Assembly (NCBI GenBank): GCA_025937815.1
Contig: JAICQP010000001.1
Coordinates: 3,891 to 67,890, forward strand
Reading direction: 5' to 3'
DNA: 64,000 bases
DNA from: Gemmatimonadota bacterium
GTDB taxonomy: Bacteria > Gemmatimonadota > Gemmatimonadetes > JACCXV01 > JAHWKZ01
The notes under the pieces are model-generated. The model was not told the origin of the DNA. It saw only the letters and a program-made list of their open reading frames with translations, and made no database searches. A program made the translations under genes and the position numbers. This document shows positions 29,238 to 38,866 of this stretch, piece after piece; positions within the stretch are counted from its first letter, which is position 1; each line of letters starts with the position of its first letter.

Positions 29238-30901
29238 GCGTTTCCGATCCACAGACCACAGCCGCGGCCGCCACCGAGCTCGTGCAGGAGCTCGTCCGCG
29301 TGTTCAAGGTGCGCCGGCTCTACGGGCCGCGGCACCCGCAGCGGATCGACGTCGAGTCGGTGGCGGCGCGTCGAATCGCGTCCCTCCTCAAAGAAGAGTC
29401 CAGCGTCGAGCTCGAGATACGCGAGACGTCCCTGCTGGCCGGCGGGGAGGCGGTCTATGAGCACGCGCCGGGGCCGGAGTCGCTGGCCAACGTTCTGTTC
29501 CGCGAGGGGCTGCGGCAGATGGTGTTCCACGACGGGCTGAGCGCGGAGGAACTTGGCGGTTTCCTGGACGAGGTCTGGACGGCTTCGCAGCAGCGGGCCG
29601 ACGACGAGTTCGATCTCGTCGCCCGGCTGTGGGAGAAGCGCTTCGTTCACATCCGGTATCTGTTCGTCGAGACGCTCTCGGACGAGGAGTGGGAGCCGCC
29701 GGCCGAGAAGCGGCTCAGCGAAACCGAGCGCGAGGCGCTGCAGGTCTCGCTCACGGAGGAGGACCTGACGGCGCTCTCCCGTCCGCCGACCGTGCTGCTG
29801 GCCGACCCCACGCTGTACTTCCTCGACGACGAAGACATGGCCGAGCTCCAGGGAGGGCTCGAGGACGAGAAGGGGCGGGCGCTCTTCTCCGAGGTGCTGA
29901 CGTGCGTTCGCGAGCTGCTCATGGAGCCGGTCGTGGACGACCTGTCGCCGGCGCTCGAGATGATCGAGGAGATCCATTCCGAGTACATGCGCGATCAGAT
30001 CTTCCGCCGCGTGATCGAGCTGGAGGAGATCTTTCAGCCCTACCTCACGAGCCCCGCCGCGACGGAGGAAGCGCGCGCCGCCTTCGCGCGCATGAAGGAA
30101 AGCGCGCTGAGCGAGTCGAACCTGAATCGCCTCGGCGCGCGCCTTCTGGCGGGCGAGCTCGATGAAGCCGAAGCCGGGCGCTTCGTGCGCGCCTTCGGGG
30201 GAGGCCAGTTGCGAGCGCTCCTGGCCGGCCTGCCGGAGATAAAGCGGATCTGCCAGTTCCCCGCCATGGGAGCGGCCTTCGTCGAGATCGCCTCCACGGA
30301 TCCGGCGGGGCTCCGCCAGGCACTCACCGGAGACGACCCGCAGGTGGCGGGCGCCGCCGCGTTCATCGTCGGGATGACCGGCGACAGCCGATTCCTCGAT
30401 GCGCTGGGAACCGCCCTTTCGTCGGGTGATCCGGAGGTCAGGCGAGAGGCGCTCCTCGCCCTCAAGAGCTTCGGTGGAGGACAGGCGCTGGAGTTCGTGA
30501 GCCGCGCGGTCGACGACGGGGATCCGTCCATTCGTCTCTACGCACTCCGGCACCTGGTCAGCCACCGCTACGCGCCGGCCTTGCCGAAGATCTCGAACCG
30601 GATGACGAGAGTGGACGCCGAGCGCTCGCTGACCGAGCAGCGGCTGCTCTACGAGGCCTACGGTGCGCTGGGCGGAGACCAGGTCGTGGACGACCTGATC
30701 TCGCGCTTCCGGCGCCGTAAGGGGCTGTTCCGCAAGCGGGATCCCGAGGAAGCGGCGTGCGTGCTGATCGCCCTGGGCGCGACGGGGGCGGCGGCCGCCA
30801 GGGAAGTCGTCGAGCAGGCCAGCGCGGACCGCCATCCGCTCATCGCTCGTGTCGCCGGACAGGTGCTCCAGTCGTGGGGCGCCGTGAGGGCCGAGGCGTG
30901 A
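29234..30901 (+). CDS. HEAT/armadillo-like repeat protein (unknown function)
   Basis: GTG start overlapping trpB stop (GTGA); 555 aa largely helical with HEAT-like repeats near C-terminus ([28 protein letters not shown]); no catalytic motifs. Confidence 0.55.
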   Translation: MSVSDPQTTAAAATELVQELVRVFKVRRLYGPRHPQRIDVESVAARRIASLLKEESSVELEIRETSLLAGGEAVYEHAPGPESLANVLFREGLRQMVFHDGLSAEELGGFLDEVWTASQQRADDEFDLVARLWEKRFVHIRYLFVETLSDEEWEPPAEKRLSETEREALQVSLTEEDLTALSRPPTVLLADPTLYFLDDEDMAELQGGLEDEKGRALFSEVLTCVRELLMEPVVDDLSPALEMIEEIHSEYMRDQIFRRVIELEEIFQPYLTSPAATEEARAAFARMKESALSESNLNRLGARLLAGELDEAEAGRFVRAFGGGQLRALLAGLPEIKRICQFPAMGAAFVEIASTDPAGLRQALTGDDPQVAGAAAFIVGMTGDSRFLDALGTALSSGDPEVRREALLALKSFGGGQALEFVSRAVDDGDPSIRLYALRHLVSHRYAPALPKISNRMTRVDAERSLTEQRLLYEAYGALGGDQVVDDLISRFRRRKGLFRKRDPEEAACVLIALGATGAAAAREVVEQASADRHPLIARVAGQVLQSWGAVRAEA

Positions 30902-32340
30902 GCCACGTCGCCGCGACCGTTCCGATCCAGGGCCTCGGGCGGGAGCTCGTGCAGAACCTGTTCGTCGCCCTCCGCTCCGCCCAGCTCTACGACGCCCGGA
31001 ACGACACGCTACGCGCGGCGGCGGAACGATTCGCGCGGACGCTCGAGGAGCTCCAGCTCGTCGACCGCAGCGCGCGCCTCGAGGTCGGCGGCGACCTCAT
31101 CCTCGTCAACGACGTCCGCATCCGCAGCGAGCTTCGGAGCTACAGCGTGCACGCGAATCTGCTGCGGTTCTTCCGGGAGATGGGAATCGGCGGGTTCGAG
31201 TGGGAGACGGCCCCGGACGTTGGCGAGGCGGCGCGGTTCGTCAGCGTGGTCGGGCGCATGGAGCTGGAGGACGAGGACGACGATCCGGTCTTCCGACTCC
31301 GCCAGCGGCTCGTCGACGAAGGTCTGGGCGGCACGCGGGTGCTCGAGCCGCGCGAGGAGGAGGCCGACACCCTTCTCGACGACCCCGACAAGCGGCGCCG
31401 AGCGGAAAAGACGTACCGGCACACGGTGGCCGTGACGCGCCAGCTCATGGAGAGCCTGCGCGCGGGCCACACGCTGCGGCTGACGCGCGTGCGCCGCGCG
31501 GTACAGTCGATCGTCGATCAGGTGTTCGACGACGAGAGCCTCCTCGTGGGGCTCACCAACCTGCGCGACTACGACGAGCCGACGTTCACGCACAGCGTCA
31601 ACGTGTGCATCTTCGCGGTCTCACTGGGCCAGCGGATCGGGCTCTCGCGACTCGAGCTCTACGAGCTCGGCATGTGCGGGCTGCTCCACGATCTGGGGAA
31701 GGTCGACGTGCCGCGCGAGGTGCTACTCAAGAGCGAGGCGCTGACCGACGATGAGTGGGAGGCGATGCAGCGTCACCCGGCGTACGGCGTGTGGCGGATC
31801 ATGGCGGGCCGTACCAAGGGGCGCGTGCCGGCCAGGGAGATGCTGGCCGCGTTCGAGCACCACCTGAACGTCGACCTGTCGGGATACCCGGCGATTCGCC
31901 ATCCGCGCCGGCTGTCCCTCTATTCGCGGATCGTCGCGATCTGCGATTCCTTCGATGCGGGGACGACCCCGCGCGTCTACAAGACCGACCCGATCACGCC
32001 CGCGGAGATGCTGCAGGCCCTCGAGCGCTGGAAGGGCGTCCGCTACGACCCGATCCTGATCAAGGCCTTCGTGAGCCTGCTCGGGATCTACCCGCCGGGT
32101 TGCGTGGCGCTCCTGGACACCCAGGAGATCGGCGTGGTGCTGGCCGTCGACCCCGATCCGCGCAACATCAACCGCCCGCGCGTCAAGATCGTGGTCGACT
32201 CGGACGGGCTCCACATCGACGGACCGATCGTCAGTCTCGCCGAGCGGACGCCGGACGGGGACTTCGCGCGCACGGTGATCAAGGTGCTGGAGCCCGAGCG
32301 CTACGGCATCGACTCGGCCCGCTATTTCCTGGCCGGATGA
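30898..32340 (+). CDS. HD-GYP domain protein (putative c-di-GMP phosphodiesterase) with N-terminal domain of unknown function
   Basis: GTGA overlap with upstream gene; HD motif LLHDLGK, HHLNVDLSGYP (HHExxDGxGYP-like) motif. Confidence 0.65.
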   Translation: MSHVAATVPIQGLGRELVQNLFVALRSAQLYDARNDTLRAAAERFARTLEELQLVDRSARLEVGGDLILVNDVRIRSELRSYSVHANLLRFFREMGIGGFEWETAPDVGEAARFVSVVGRMELEDEDDDPVFRLRQRLVDEGLGGTRVLEPREEEADTLLDDPDKRRRAEKTYRHTVAVTRQLMESLRAGHTLRLTRVRRAVQSIVDQVFDDESLLVGLTNLRDYDEPTFTHSVNVCIFAVSLGQRIGLSRLELYELGMCGLLHDLGKVDVPREVLLKSEALTDDEWEAMQRHPAYGVWRIMAGRTKGRVPAREMLAAFEHHLNVDLSGYPAIRHPRRLSLYSRIVAICDSFDAGTTPRVYKTDPITPAEMLQALERWKGVRYDPILIKAFVSLLGIYPPGCVALLDTQEIGVVLAVDPDPRNINRPRVKIVVDSDGLHIDGPIVSLAERTPDGDFARTVIKVLEPERYGIDSARYFLAG

Positions 32341-33155
32341 GCCACGCGGCGTCGTCGCGTGGGAACCTGCGGCGACTGATGGACGCGCGCGCGGGGGGGC
32401 GCAAGCTCCTCGTCCCATTCCTGACGGCGGGCTACCCGGATCGGAAGACGTGCGCCGAGGCCCTGGCGGGGCTCGCCGACGCGGGCGCCGACGCGATCGA
32501 GCTGGGCGTGCCGTTCAGCGATCCGCTGGCCGACGGCCCGGTCATCGCCGCCGCCTCCGAGCTGGCCATCGCGGGCGGCACCTCGATCGAGGACGCCTTC
32601 GACCTGGCGGCCGGGTACGTTCGCGCCGGCGCGGATCGGCCGCCGCTCGTCCTCTTCACGTACCTGAATCCGGCGGCCTCGCTGGGTCCCGATCGGCTGG
32701 CGGAGGCCTGCGCCGACGCGGGCTTTGCCGCGGCGCTCGTCGCCGACCTGCCGTACGACGAAGACCCCGCGGTCGCGGCGGCGCTCGCGCGGCGCGGGCT
32801 GCCGCTCATCCGCCTCGCGGCGCCGACTACCCCGGCCGAGCGCCTGGCGGAACTCGCCCGGGGCGCCGAGGGCTTCGTCTACCTGATCGCGCGCACGGGG
32901 ACGACGGGCGCGGGAGCCGGAACGGACGCGCGCGTCGCCGAGCAGGTGGCGGTCATCCGCGCGAACACGGACCTGCCCGTGGTCGTCGGTTTCGGAATCG
33001 GCGACACCGAATCCGCGCGGCGCGCCGCGCGGCTCGCCGACGGCGTCGTGGTGGGGAGCGCGTTCGTCGAGCGGCTGGGGCGCGACGGACCGGCGGCGGC
33101 CGTGGGATGGATGCGGACGCTGCGCGACGCGCTCGATCGACCGGTGTCCGTTTGA
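32337..33155 (+). CDS. trpA: tryptophan synthase alpha chain
   Basis: TrpA pattern (LVPFLTAGYPD, ELGVPFSDPLADGP, GFG); ATGA overlap with upstream gene. Confidence 0.85.
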   Translation: MSHAASSRGNLRRLMDARAGGRKLLVPFLTAGYPDRKTCAEALAGLADAGADAIELGVPFSDPLADGPVIAAASELAIAGGTSIEDAFDLAAGYVRAGADRPPLVLFTYLNPAASLGPDRLAEACADAGFAAALVADLPYDEDPAVAAALARRGLPLIRLAAPTTPAERLAELARGAEGFVYLIARTGTTGAGAGTDARVAEQVAVIRANTDLPVVVGFGIGDTESARRAARLADGVVVGSAFVERLGRDGPAAAVGWMRTLRDALDRPVSV

Positions 33156-33276
33156 CGCCCTTTCCGCCCCGATCCTAGATTCCGGCGCTCACCTGCATCT
33201 TCTCCACACTTCCCTGGATGGCGATCGCGGGGATGATCGCGATTCATCGCGGCCGCGGGCCGCACGAGGTCAGGCA

Positions 33277-34074
33277 GTGGCCCAGCGCTTCGCTCTCAGC
33301 ACGAGCTTCGCCGACGTCGGCAGGCACCTCGACGTGCTCGAAGAAAAGGGACTCGGCGTCGAGGTGTCGCTATACGACACCGAGTGGCTGCTGGCGATCG
33401 ACCGCACGACCACGGTCCGGAAGCTCGGGGACGAGATCGCGGCCCGCGGGATCGAGGTCACCGTCCACGCGCCGATCTTCGACCTCAATCCCGGGAGCCT
33501 GGACCCCGTCATCCGCAAGCACACGCGCCGCTGCTGGGAGCGCGCCGTGGGAGTCGCCGGCGCGCTGCGCGCGCGCATGATCAACTTCCACACCTGCTTC
33601 CACCCCCTTCTTCCCGAGTCCACGTTTCCCGGGTGGCTCGCGCTTTCGCTCGAGATCTGGGAGCGGATCGAGGAGCTGACGGTCGACGCGGGGATGACGC
33701 TCCTCCTCGAGAACATGTTCGAGCCGACGCCCCAGGTGCAGCTCGACCTCCTCGCGCAGCTCGAGTCGCGGCATGCGGCCTTCACGCTGGACGTGGCGCA
33801 CGCCCATATCTACGGCGCCGTGTCGATCGACGCATGGTGGAGCCAGCTCGGCCCGGCGGTCGCCGAGGTCCATCTCCACGACACGGACGGCTTCTCGGAC
33901 GATCATCTACCGATCGGCGACGGCGCGCTCGACTGGCAGCGGGTCTTCGAGGACGTGTTCCGCAACGCCCCCGACGCGGTCAAGGTGATCGAGATGCCGC
34001 TGGAGGCCGGACTGGCGAGCTTGAAGCGGATCAAGTCGGCCGGGTACTCGGACCTGCAGCTGGAGCTCCTGTGA
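33277..34074 (+). CDS. sugar phosphate isomerase/epimerase (xylose-isomerase-like TIM barrel)
   Basis: TIM-barrel AP-endonuclease-2/XylA-like pattern (HAPIFDLN, LLENM, LHDTDG); start uncertain. Confidence 0.55.
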   Translation: MAQRFALSTSFADVGRHLDVLEEKGLGVEVSLYDTEWLLAIDRTTTVRKLGDEIAARGIEVTVHAPIFDLNPGSLDPVIRKHTRRCWERAVGVAGALRARMINFHTCFHPLLPESTFPGWLALSLEIWERIEELTVDAGMTLLLENMFEPTPQVQLDLLAQLESRHAAFTLDVAHAHIYGAVSIDAWWSQLGPAVAEVHLHDTDGFSDDHLPIGDGALDWQRVFEDVFRNAPDAVKVIEMPLEAGLASLKRIKSAGYSDLQLELL

Positions 34075-37000
34075 AGCGCGTGAACGGCAGAGGAAATCGG
34101 CGGCCGCTCTTCGGACGGCTCCGCGGAGCCGTACTCGCGGTCGCGCCCGCGGCGCTTCTCGTCGTCGGCCCGCCTCCGGATGGCGTGTCCATCCCGCCGC
34201 CAGGCGCCTCCTCGCCACGGCCGGACGCCTCCGCCGTGGCGCAGGGCGCGCCGACGCGTGTGATCATCCAGCTCGCCGACGCCGCCTCGCGTGCGCGGCT
34301 CCTGCGCGAATCGGTCACGCTCCCGCTGCCTCTGGATGCGCGCCACGAGCGTGTGATTCGCGGGCTCAAGGCGATCCACTCCGCATCGCTGTCCGAGGCG
34401 CGCGACGTGCTCGAGGAGGCGCGGCGGGCGGGCGCGCTGACGGAGGTCGACCGGCTCTGGTCGGTGAACGCCGTCGTCGCGATCGTCGATTCGGAGTGGA
34501 TTCAGCGGCTCGAGGCCGACCCCGCGATCGCGCGCGTCGTGGCCGATCGCCGGTTGAAGCTCGGATCCGCGTCTGCCGCCAGCCCCGCAGACGCGCGGCC
34601 CGCCGGCGCAGCGGCATCCGACGCGCTCGTCCCGACGCCCGAGCTCGAGCAGATCGGCGTGCCGGCCGTGTGGGCGGACGGGGTCACCGGCAAGGGCGTG
34701 ATCGTCGCCAACGTCGACACGGGCGTCCACGGCGACGACGACACGATGGAGGACAACTGGCGAGGGCTTTTCGCGGGGAGCGACGCCAGCTGGTACGCGC
34801 CGGTCGCATTGACGGTCTTTCCCGAGGACGACGGAGCCGGCGTTGGCCACGGTACCCCCGTGATGGGCATCCTCGCGGGCGGGGAAGAGACCTTCGGCGT
34901 CGCCTTCGACGCGACCTGGATCGCCGGGGACCTGTTCGAGCAAGACGAGGGTTTCGTCTCGACGGCGATCAAGATATTCGAGTGGCTCTCGGACCCTGAC
35001 GGAGACCCCGCCACCACCACCGATGTGCCCGACGTCGTGAACAACTCCTGGGGAATCGATACGAACCGGGATCAGCAGGGGCGACTGCAGTGCGATCCCA
35101 TCTTCAACGAGGCGATCGACGCGATGGAAGCGGCAGGCTCCATCGTTATCAATACCGCGGGTAATGAGGGGACGAACGGGGTAACCGCGCCGGCGAGCCG
35201 GGCCGACACAGAGGTCAACGCGTTCGCGGTCGGCGCCGTGGACGATCAGAACGAGATCCTCGACTTCAGCGGCAGAGGTCCCTCGGCGTGCGGGGGTTCC
35301 TTCTCGACGAAGCCCGAGGTCGTGGCGCCAGGCTTCCTCATGACGAGCCGCTCGAAATTCAACGCCACGATCGGGACCTTCACGGGCACGTCCTTCGCCA
35401 CGCCCGTCATCGCCGGCGTGGCGGCCCTCATGCGGTCGAAGGACCCGACGATCACGCCGGAGGAGGCGAAGACGATCCTCATCGAGACCGCGGCAGACCT
35501 GGGCCCAGGTGGCGACGACAACACATTCGGCTACGGCCTCGTCGACGCGGACGCCGCGCTCGCGCGGGTGGATCGACCCACGCAGCCTTTTGCGCGGCTG
35601 GTGGGCTACCGACCTGTGGGAGCGGTGCCGGCAGGGAAGCTGGGACCGGCTGCGATCGAGGACGCGCTCGTCCTGAGGCCAGGGCAGGCCGCGGATCTCT
35701 TTCCGCTACTGTCCAACCACGGCCCCGCGCTGCCCGCGACCACCGGCGTGCTGTCGAGCTCGACCCCGGGCGTGACCGTCACGCGCTCGACCGTCCCGCT
35801 CACCGCCGCAGCCACGGGCGAGTTCTTCGGACCCGCGGCGGGCGAATCGTTCGGCGTCGAGATCGGATCCGCGGTGGCGCCGGGCAGTGACATCTCGCTG
35901 ACGCTTACCGTGAACGGGGCGTCCGTCGGACCCTTCCGCATGATCATCAAGGCCGGAGACCCGGTCGAGGGCAGCTTCGCCACGCACGACGCCGGTCGCG
36001 TGCGCCTCAGCGTGACGAACTTCGGCGGGCTCGGGTACTACACGGGCATCCACGGCTTCGACTTCGTCCTCCGCGGCGAGGGGTTCCGGTTCCCGCCGAC
36101 GAGTCCCAACTGGCTCTTCCACGGCGGGTTCCTGGCGGGCACGGGGCCGACGCGGCTTTCGGACGACATTCCGTACGGCGAGGACACGGAGGCCTCGACC
36201 GACTGGATCCCCCTATTCGGCGCCCCGATCGAGGTCGGCGAAGCGGCGGGCGGACAGGTGATCGAGGCGGCCTACGACGACCGCCGCGCGCTCTCGCCGC
36301 TCGGGCTGGAGGTCGTCCAGCGATCGTTCGCGTTCGACGACGCCGGCGACGACGCCTTCGTCCTGCTTCAATACGTGATCAGAAACACGTCGGCCCAGTC
36401 GTTGACCGGGCTCCGACTCGGCCTGTTCGCCGATTGGGATCTGCCGGGATCGGGCGGCGACCCACAGGAGACTGCCGGCTGGGACCCCTCGCGCAGGTTG
36501 GGGTTCGTCGCGGGCGAGATCGCGGGTCAACCCGCGCTGGGCGTCGTCTTGCTCGACGACGTCGCGCTCGGCCAGGTGACGTACGCGGTGCTCCGCCGCG
36601 AGGACGTGATCGAGAGCTCGGTGGGGAATCCGCCCGCGCCCGGGAACCGCGCGCCGGCCGTGGCCCAGGCGCCCGACATCGGGGAGTTCTCGGACACGGA
36701 GAAGTGGAACGCGCTCTCCAGCGGGCAGACGAACACGTCGGAATCGAATCCCCAGGATCTCTATCAGATCATCGGCGTGGGGCCGCTGGCGCTCGCGGCG
36801 GGCGCCAGCGACACCGTCGCGGTCGCCCTGGTCGCGGGCGAAAACCAGGCCGCGCTCCAGGCCAACGCGGAGGCGGCGCGCGAGGCGTACTTCGTCCGCG
36901 TGCTGGGTACCGAGCCGCCCCCGCCGCCGCCGCCGCCCACCGAGCTGGCGCTGGAGCAGAACTTCCCGAACCCGTTCCGGCTGGGCGAGCAGACCACGAT

Positions 37001-37235
37001 CCGCTTCGCCGTTCCGGAGCCGGCTTCCGGACCGGCGCGAGCGTCGCTCGTCGTCTACGACGTTCTCGGTCGCCGCGTCCGGACGCTCGTCGACGGCGAC
37101 GTGATCGCCGGGGAGCAGGCCGTCACGTGGGACGGGGCCTCCGACGCCGGCGCAACCGTGCCGAGCGGCGTCTATCTCGCGCGGCTCGAGTCGGCCGGGA
37201 GCGAGAAAATGGTGCGCATCCTGTTCGTCCGCTGA
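34071..37235 (+). CDS. S8 subtilisin-family serine peptidase with T9SS C-terminal sorting domain
   Basis: GTGA overlap with upstream gene; signal peptide; catalytic D (VANVDTGV), H (GHGTPV), S (GTSFATP) motifs; C-terminal LEQNFPNPF...VVYDVLGRRV...AVTWDG...SGVYLARL matches Por/T9SS type-A sorting domain; poly-Pro linker. Confidence 0.8.
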   Translation: MKRVNGRGNRRPLFGRLRGAVLAVAPAALLVVGPPPDGVSIPPPGASSPRPDASAVAQGAPTRVIIQLADAASRARLLRESVTLPLPLDARHERVIRGLKAIHSASLSEARDVLEEARRAGALTEVDRLWSVNAVVAIVDSEWIQRLEADPAIARVVADRRLKLGSASAASPADARPAGAAASDALVPTPELEQIGVPAVWADGVTGKGVIVANVDTGVHGDDDTMEDNWRGLFAGSDASWYAPVALTVFPEDDGAGVGHGTPVMGILAGGEETFGVAFDATWIAGDLFEQDEGFVSTAIKIFEWLSDPDGDPATTTDVPDVVNNSWGIDTNRDQQGRLQCDPIFNEAIDAMEAAGSIVINTAGNEGTNGVTAPASRADTEVNAFAVGAVDDQNEILDFSGRGPSACGGSFSTKPEVVAPGFLMTSRSKFNATIGTFTGTSFATPVIAGVAALMRSKDPTITPEEAKTILIETAADLGPGGDDNTFGYGLVDADAALARVDRPTQPFARLVGYRPVGAVPAGKLGPAAIEDALVLRPGQAADLFPLLSNHGPALPATTGVLSSSTPGVTVTRSTVPLTAAATGEFFGPAAGESFGVEIGSAVAPGSDISLTLTVNGASVGPFRMIIKAGDPVEGSFATHDAGRVRLSVTNFGGLGYYTGIHGFDFVLRGEGFRFPPTSPNWLFHGGFLAGTGPTRLSDDIPYGEDTEASTDWIPLFGAPIEVGEAAGGQVIEAAYDDRRALSPLGLEVVQRSFAFDDAGDDAFVLLQYVIRNTSAQSLTGLRLGLFADWDLPGSGGDPQETAGWDPSRRLGFVAGEIAGQPALGVVLLDDVALGQVTYAVLRREDVIESSVGNPPAPGNRAPAVAQAPDIGEFSDTEKWNALSSGQTNTSESNPQDLYQIIGVGPLALAAGASDTVAVALVAGENQAALQANAEAAREAYFVRVLGTEPPPPPPPPTELALEQNFPNPFRLGEQTTIRFAVPEPASGPARASLVVYDVLGRRVRTLVDGDVIAGEQAVTWDGASDAGATVPSGVYLARLESAGSEKMVRILFVR

Positions 37236-37247
37236 GAAGGTGATCGC

Positions 37248-37613
37248 GTGTCTGACACGATCACGCTGGAAGGACTCGAGTTCTTCACCCTGATCGGCGA
37301 CCTGCCGCACGAGCGCACGACGCCGCAGCCCCTCGAGCTGGACGTCGAGGTGCGGGCCGACCTCGCGCCGGCGGGGCGGTCGGACCGCCTCGACGACTCG
37401 CTCGACTATCGGCTCCTCTACCGGGCGGTGGCCGAGGCCGTGGAGGACCGGGCCGAAGGCGCGCCGCACCTGCTCGAGGCGATCGCCGAGCGGGTCGCCG
37501 GGAGGCTCCTCGCGCTGAAGGGCGTCGAGGGCGTGCGGGTCCGCTGCCGGAAGCCCAAGGCGGTCCTGCCGGGGCCGGTGGCCAAGGTCGAGATCGAGAT
37601 CGAACGGCCGTGA
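37248..37613 (+). CDS. folB: dihydroneopterin aldolase
   Basis: 121 aa with FolB pattern (ITLEGLEFFTLIG..., ERTTPQPLELDVEV). Confidence 0.75.
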   Translation: MSDTITLEGLEFFTLIGDLPHERTTPQPLELDVEVRADLAPAGRSDRLDDSLDYRLLYRAVAEAVEDRAEGAPHLLEAIAERVAGRLLALKGVEGVRVRCRKPKAVLPGPVAKVEIEIERP

Positions 37614-38053
37614 TGCGACGCGCCTTCCTCAGCCTGGGATCCAACCTCGGGGACAGGGTCGAGATGCTGGGCGCGGCGCGCTCCGCCCTGATCGCGCGCG
37701 GTGGCATCCGCCTGGCTGCTTTTTCCCCCGTGATCGAGACCGATCCGGTCGACGTCACCGACCAACCGCAATTCCTCAACCAGGTGCTGAGCGTCGACAC
37801 GCATCTCTCACCGCATGGGCTGCTGGACGCTTGCCTCGGCGTCGAGCGCGCAATGGGCCGCGACCGTTCCGCGGGGCCGCGGCGAGGCCCGCGCACGATC
37901 GATGTCGACATCCTCCTGTACGCCGGGCTCTCGATCGACGAGCCGGGCCTGACCGTTCCGCACCCGCGTCTCGCCGCGCGGCCGTTCTTCGTCGAGCTCT
38001 GCCGGGCGGCCGGAGCGCCCGAGACGTGGCTCCCGGCGCCGGTGGCCGCATGA
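37610..38053 (+). CDS. folK: 2-amino-4-hydroxy-6-hydroxymethyldihydropteridine diphosphokinase
   Basis: HPPK pattern (AFLSLGSNLGDR, RTIDVDILLY, PHPR); ATGA overlaps on both sides. Confidence 0.8.
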   Translation: MMRRAFLSLGSNLGDRVEMLGAARSALIARGGIRLAAFSPVIETDPVDVTDQPQFLNQVLSVDTHLSPHGLLDACLGVERAMGRDRSAGPRRGPRTIDVDILLYAGLSIDEPGLTVPHPRLAARPFFVELCRAAGAPETWLPAPVAA

Positions 38054-38853
38054 GCAAGCCTGTCACGACGCGGACGTTTCGCCGCATGAAGGCCGAAGGG
38101 CGGAAGATCGTCGTACTGACGGCCTACGACTGGATGCTGGCGCGCTACCTCGACGAGGCCGGGATCGACGCGATCCTGGTGGGGGATTCCGCGGGCCAGG
38201 TGTTCGCCGGCCACCGGACGACGCTCCCCGTGACGCTCGACGACATGATCTACCACGCGCGCGCGGTCCGCCGGGGGGCACCCGACCGGTTCCTGATCGT
38301 CGACATGCCGTTTCTCAGCTTCCAGGTGAGCCCCGAGGACACGCTGAGGAACGCGGGCCGCGTGATGAAGGAGACCGACGCCCAGGCCGTGAAGGTCGAG
38401 GGCGGCGCGGCACTGGCCGAGACGATCGAGCGCCTCGTGGGATGCGGGATCCCCGTCATGGGCCACCTCGGCCTCACGCCCCAGTCCGTGCACGCCTTCG
38501 GCGGCTACGGCCTGCGCGCGTCCGAAGCCGGCGAAGCCGATCGCCTGCGGTCGGACGCCCGCGCGCTCGAGCGGGCGGGCTGCTTCTCGCTCGTCCTCGA
38601 GAAGATCCCGCGTGCGCTGGCGGCCGAGGTGAGCGCGGAGCTCGAGATCCCGACGATCGGGATCGGCGCCGGGCCTGGCACGGACGGCCAGGTGCTGGTC
38701 ACGCCGGACCTCCTCGGACTCACCCCCGACTTCCGGCCGCGCTTCGTGCGGCGCTACGCGGACCTCGACCGGATCGTCCGCGACGCCCTCACGCGTTTCG
38801 CCGCTGAGGTGCGGGACGGATCGTTTCCCGGCGAGGAGGAGTCCTACCCGTGA
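38050..38853 (+). CDS. panB: 3-methyl-2-oxobutanoate hydroxymethyltransferase
   Basis: PanB pattern (LTAYD, VGDSAGQV, VKVEGG, GHLGLTPQS). Confidence 0.85.
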   Translation: MSKPVTTRTFRRMKAEGRKIVVLTAYDWMLARYLDEAGIDAILVGDSAGQVFAGHRTTLPVTLDDMIYHARAVRRGAPDRFLIVDMPFLSFQVSPEDTLRNAGRVMKETDAQAVKVEGGAALAETIERLVGCGIPVMGHLGLTPQSVHAFGGYGLRASEAGEADRLRSDARALERAGCFSLVLEKIPRALAAEVSAELEIPTIGIGAGPGTDGQVLVTPDLLGLTPDFRPRFVRRYADLDRIVRDALTRFAAEVRDGSFPGEEESYP

Positions 38854-38866
38854 GAGATCCTAGAGG

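Noticed and set aside
33384-34070. N-terminal extension of the 1283-aa ORF before the S8 peptidase
   Set aside because: Overlaps the sugar-phosphate isomerase gene in another frame; the peptidase signal peptide and GTGA-coupled start are at 34071.
36213-37469. 418-aa minus-strand ORF
   Set aside because: Antisense to S8 peptidase and folB; no domain signal.
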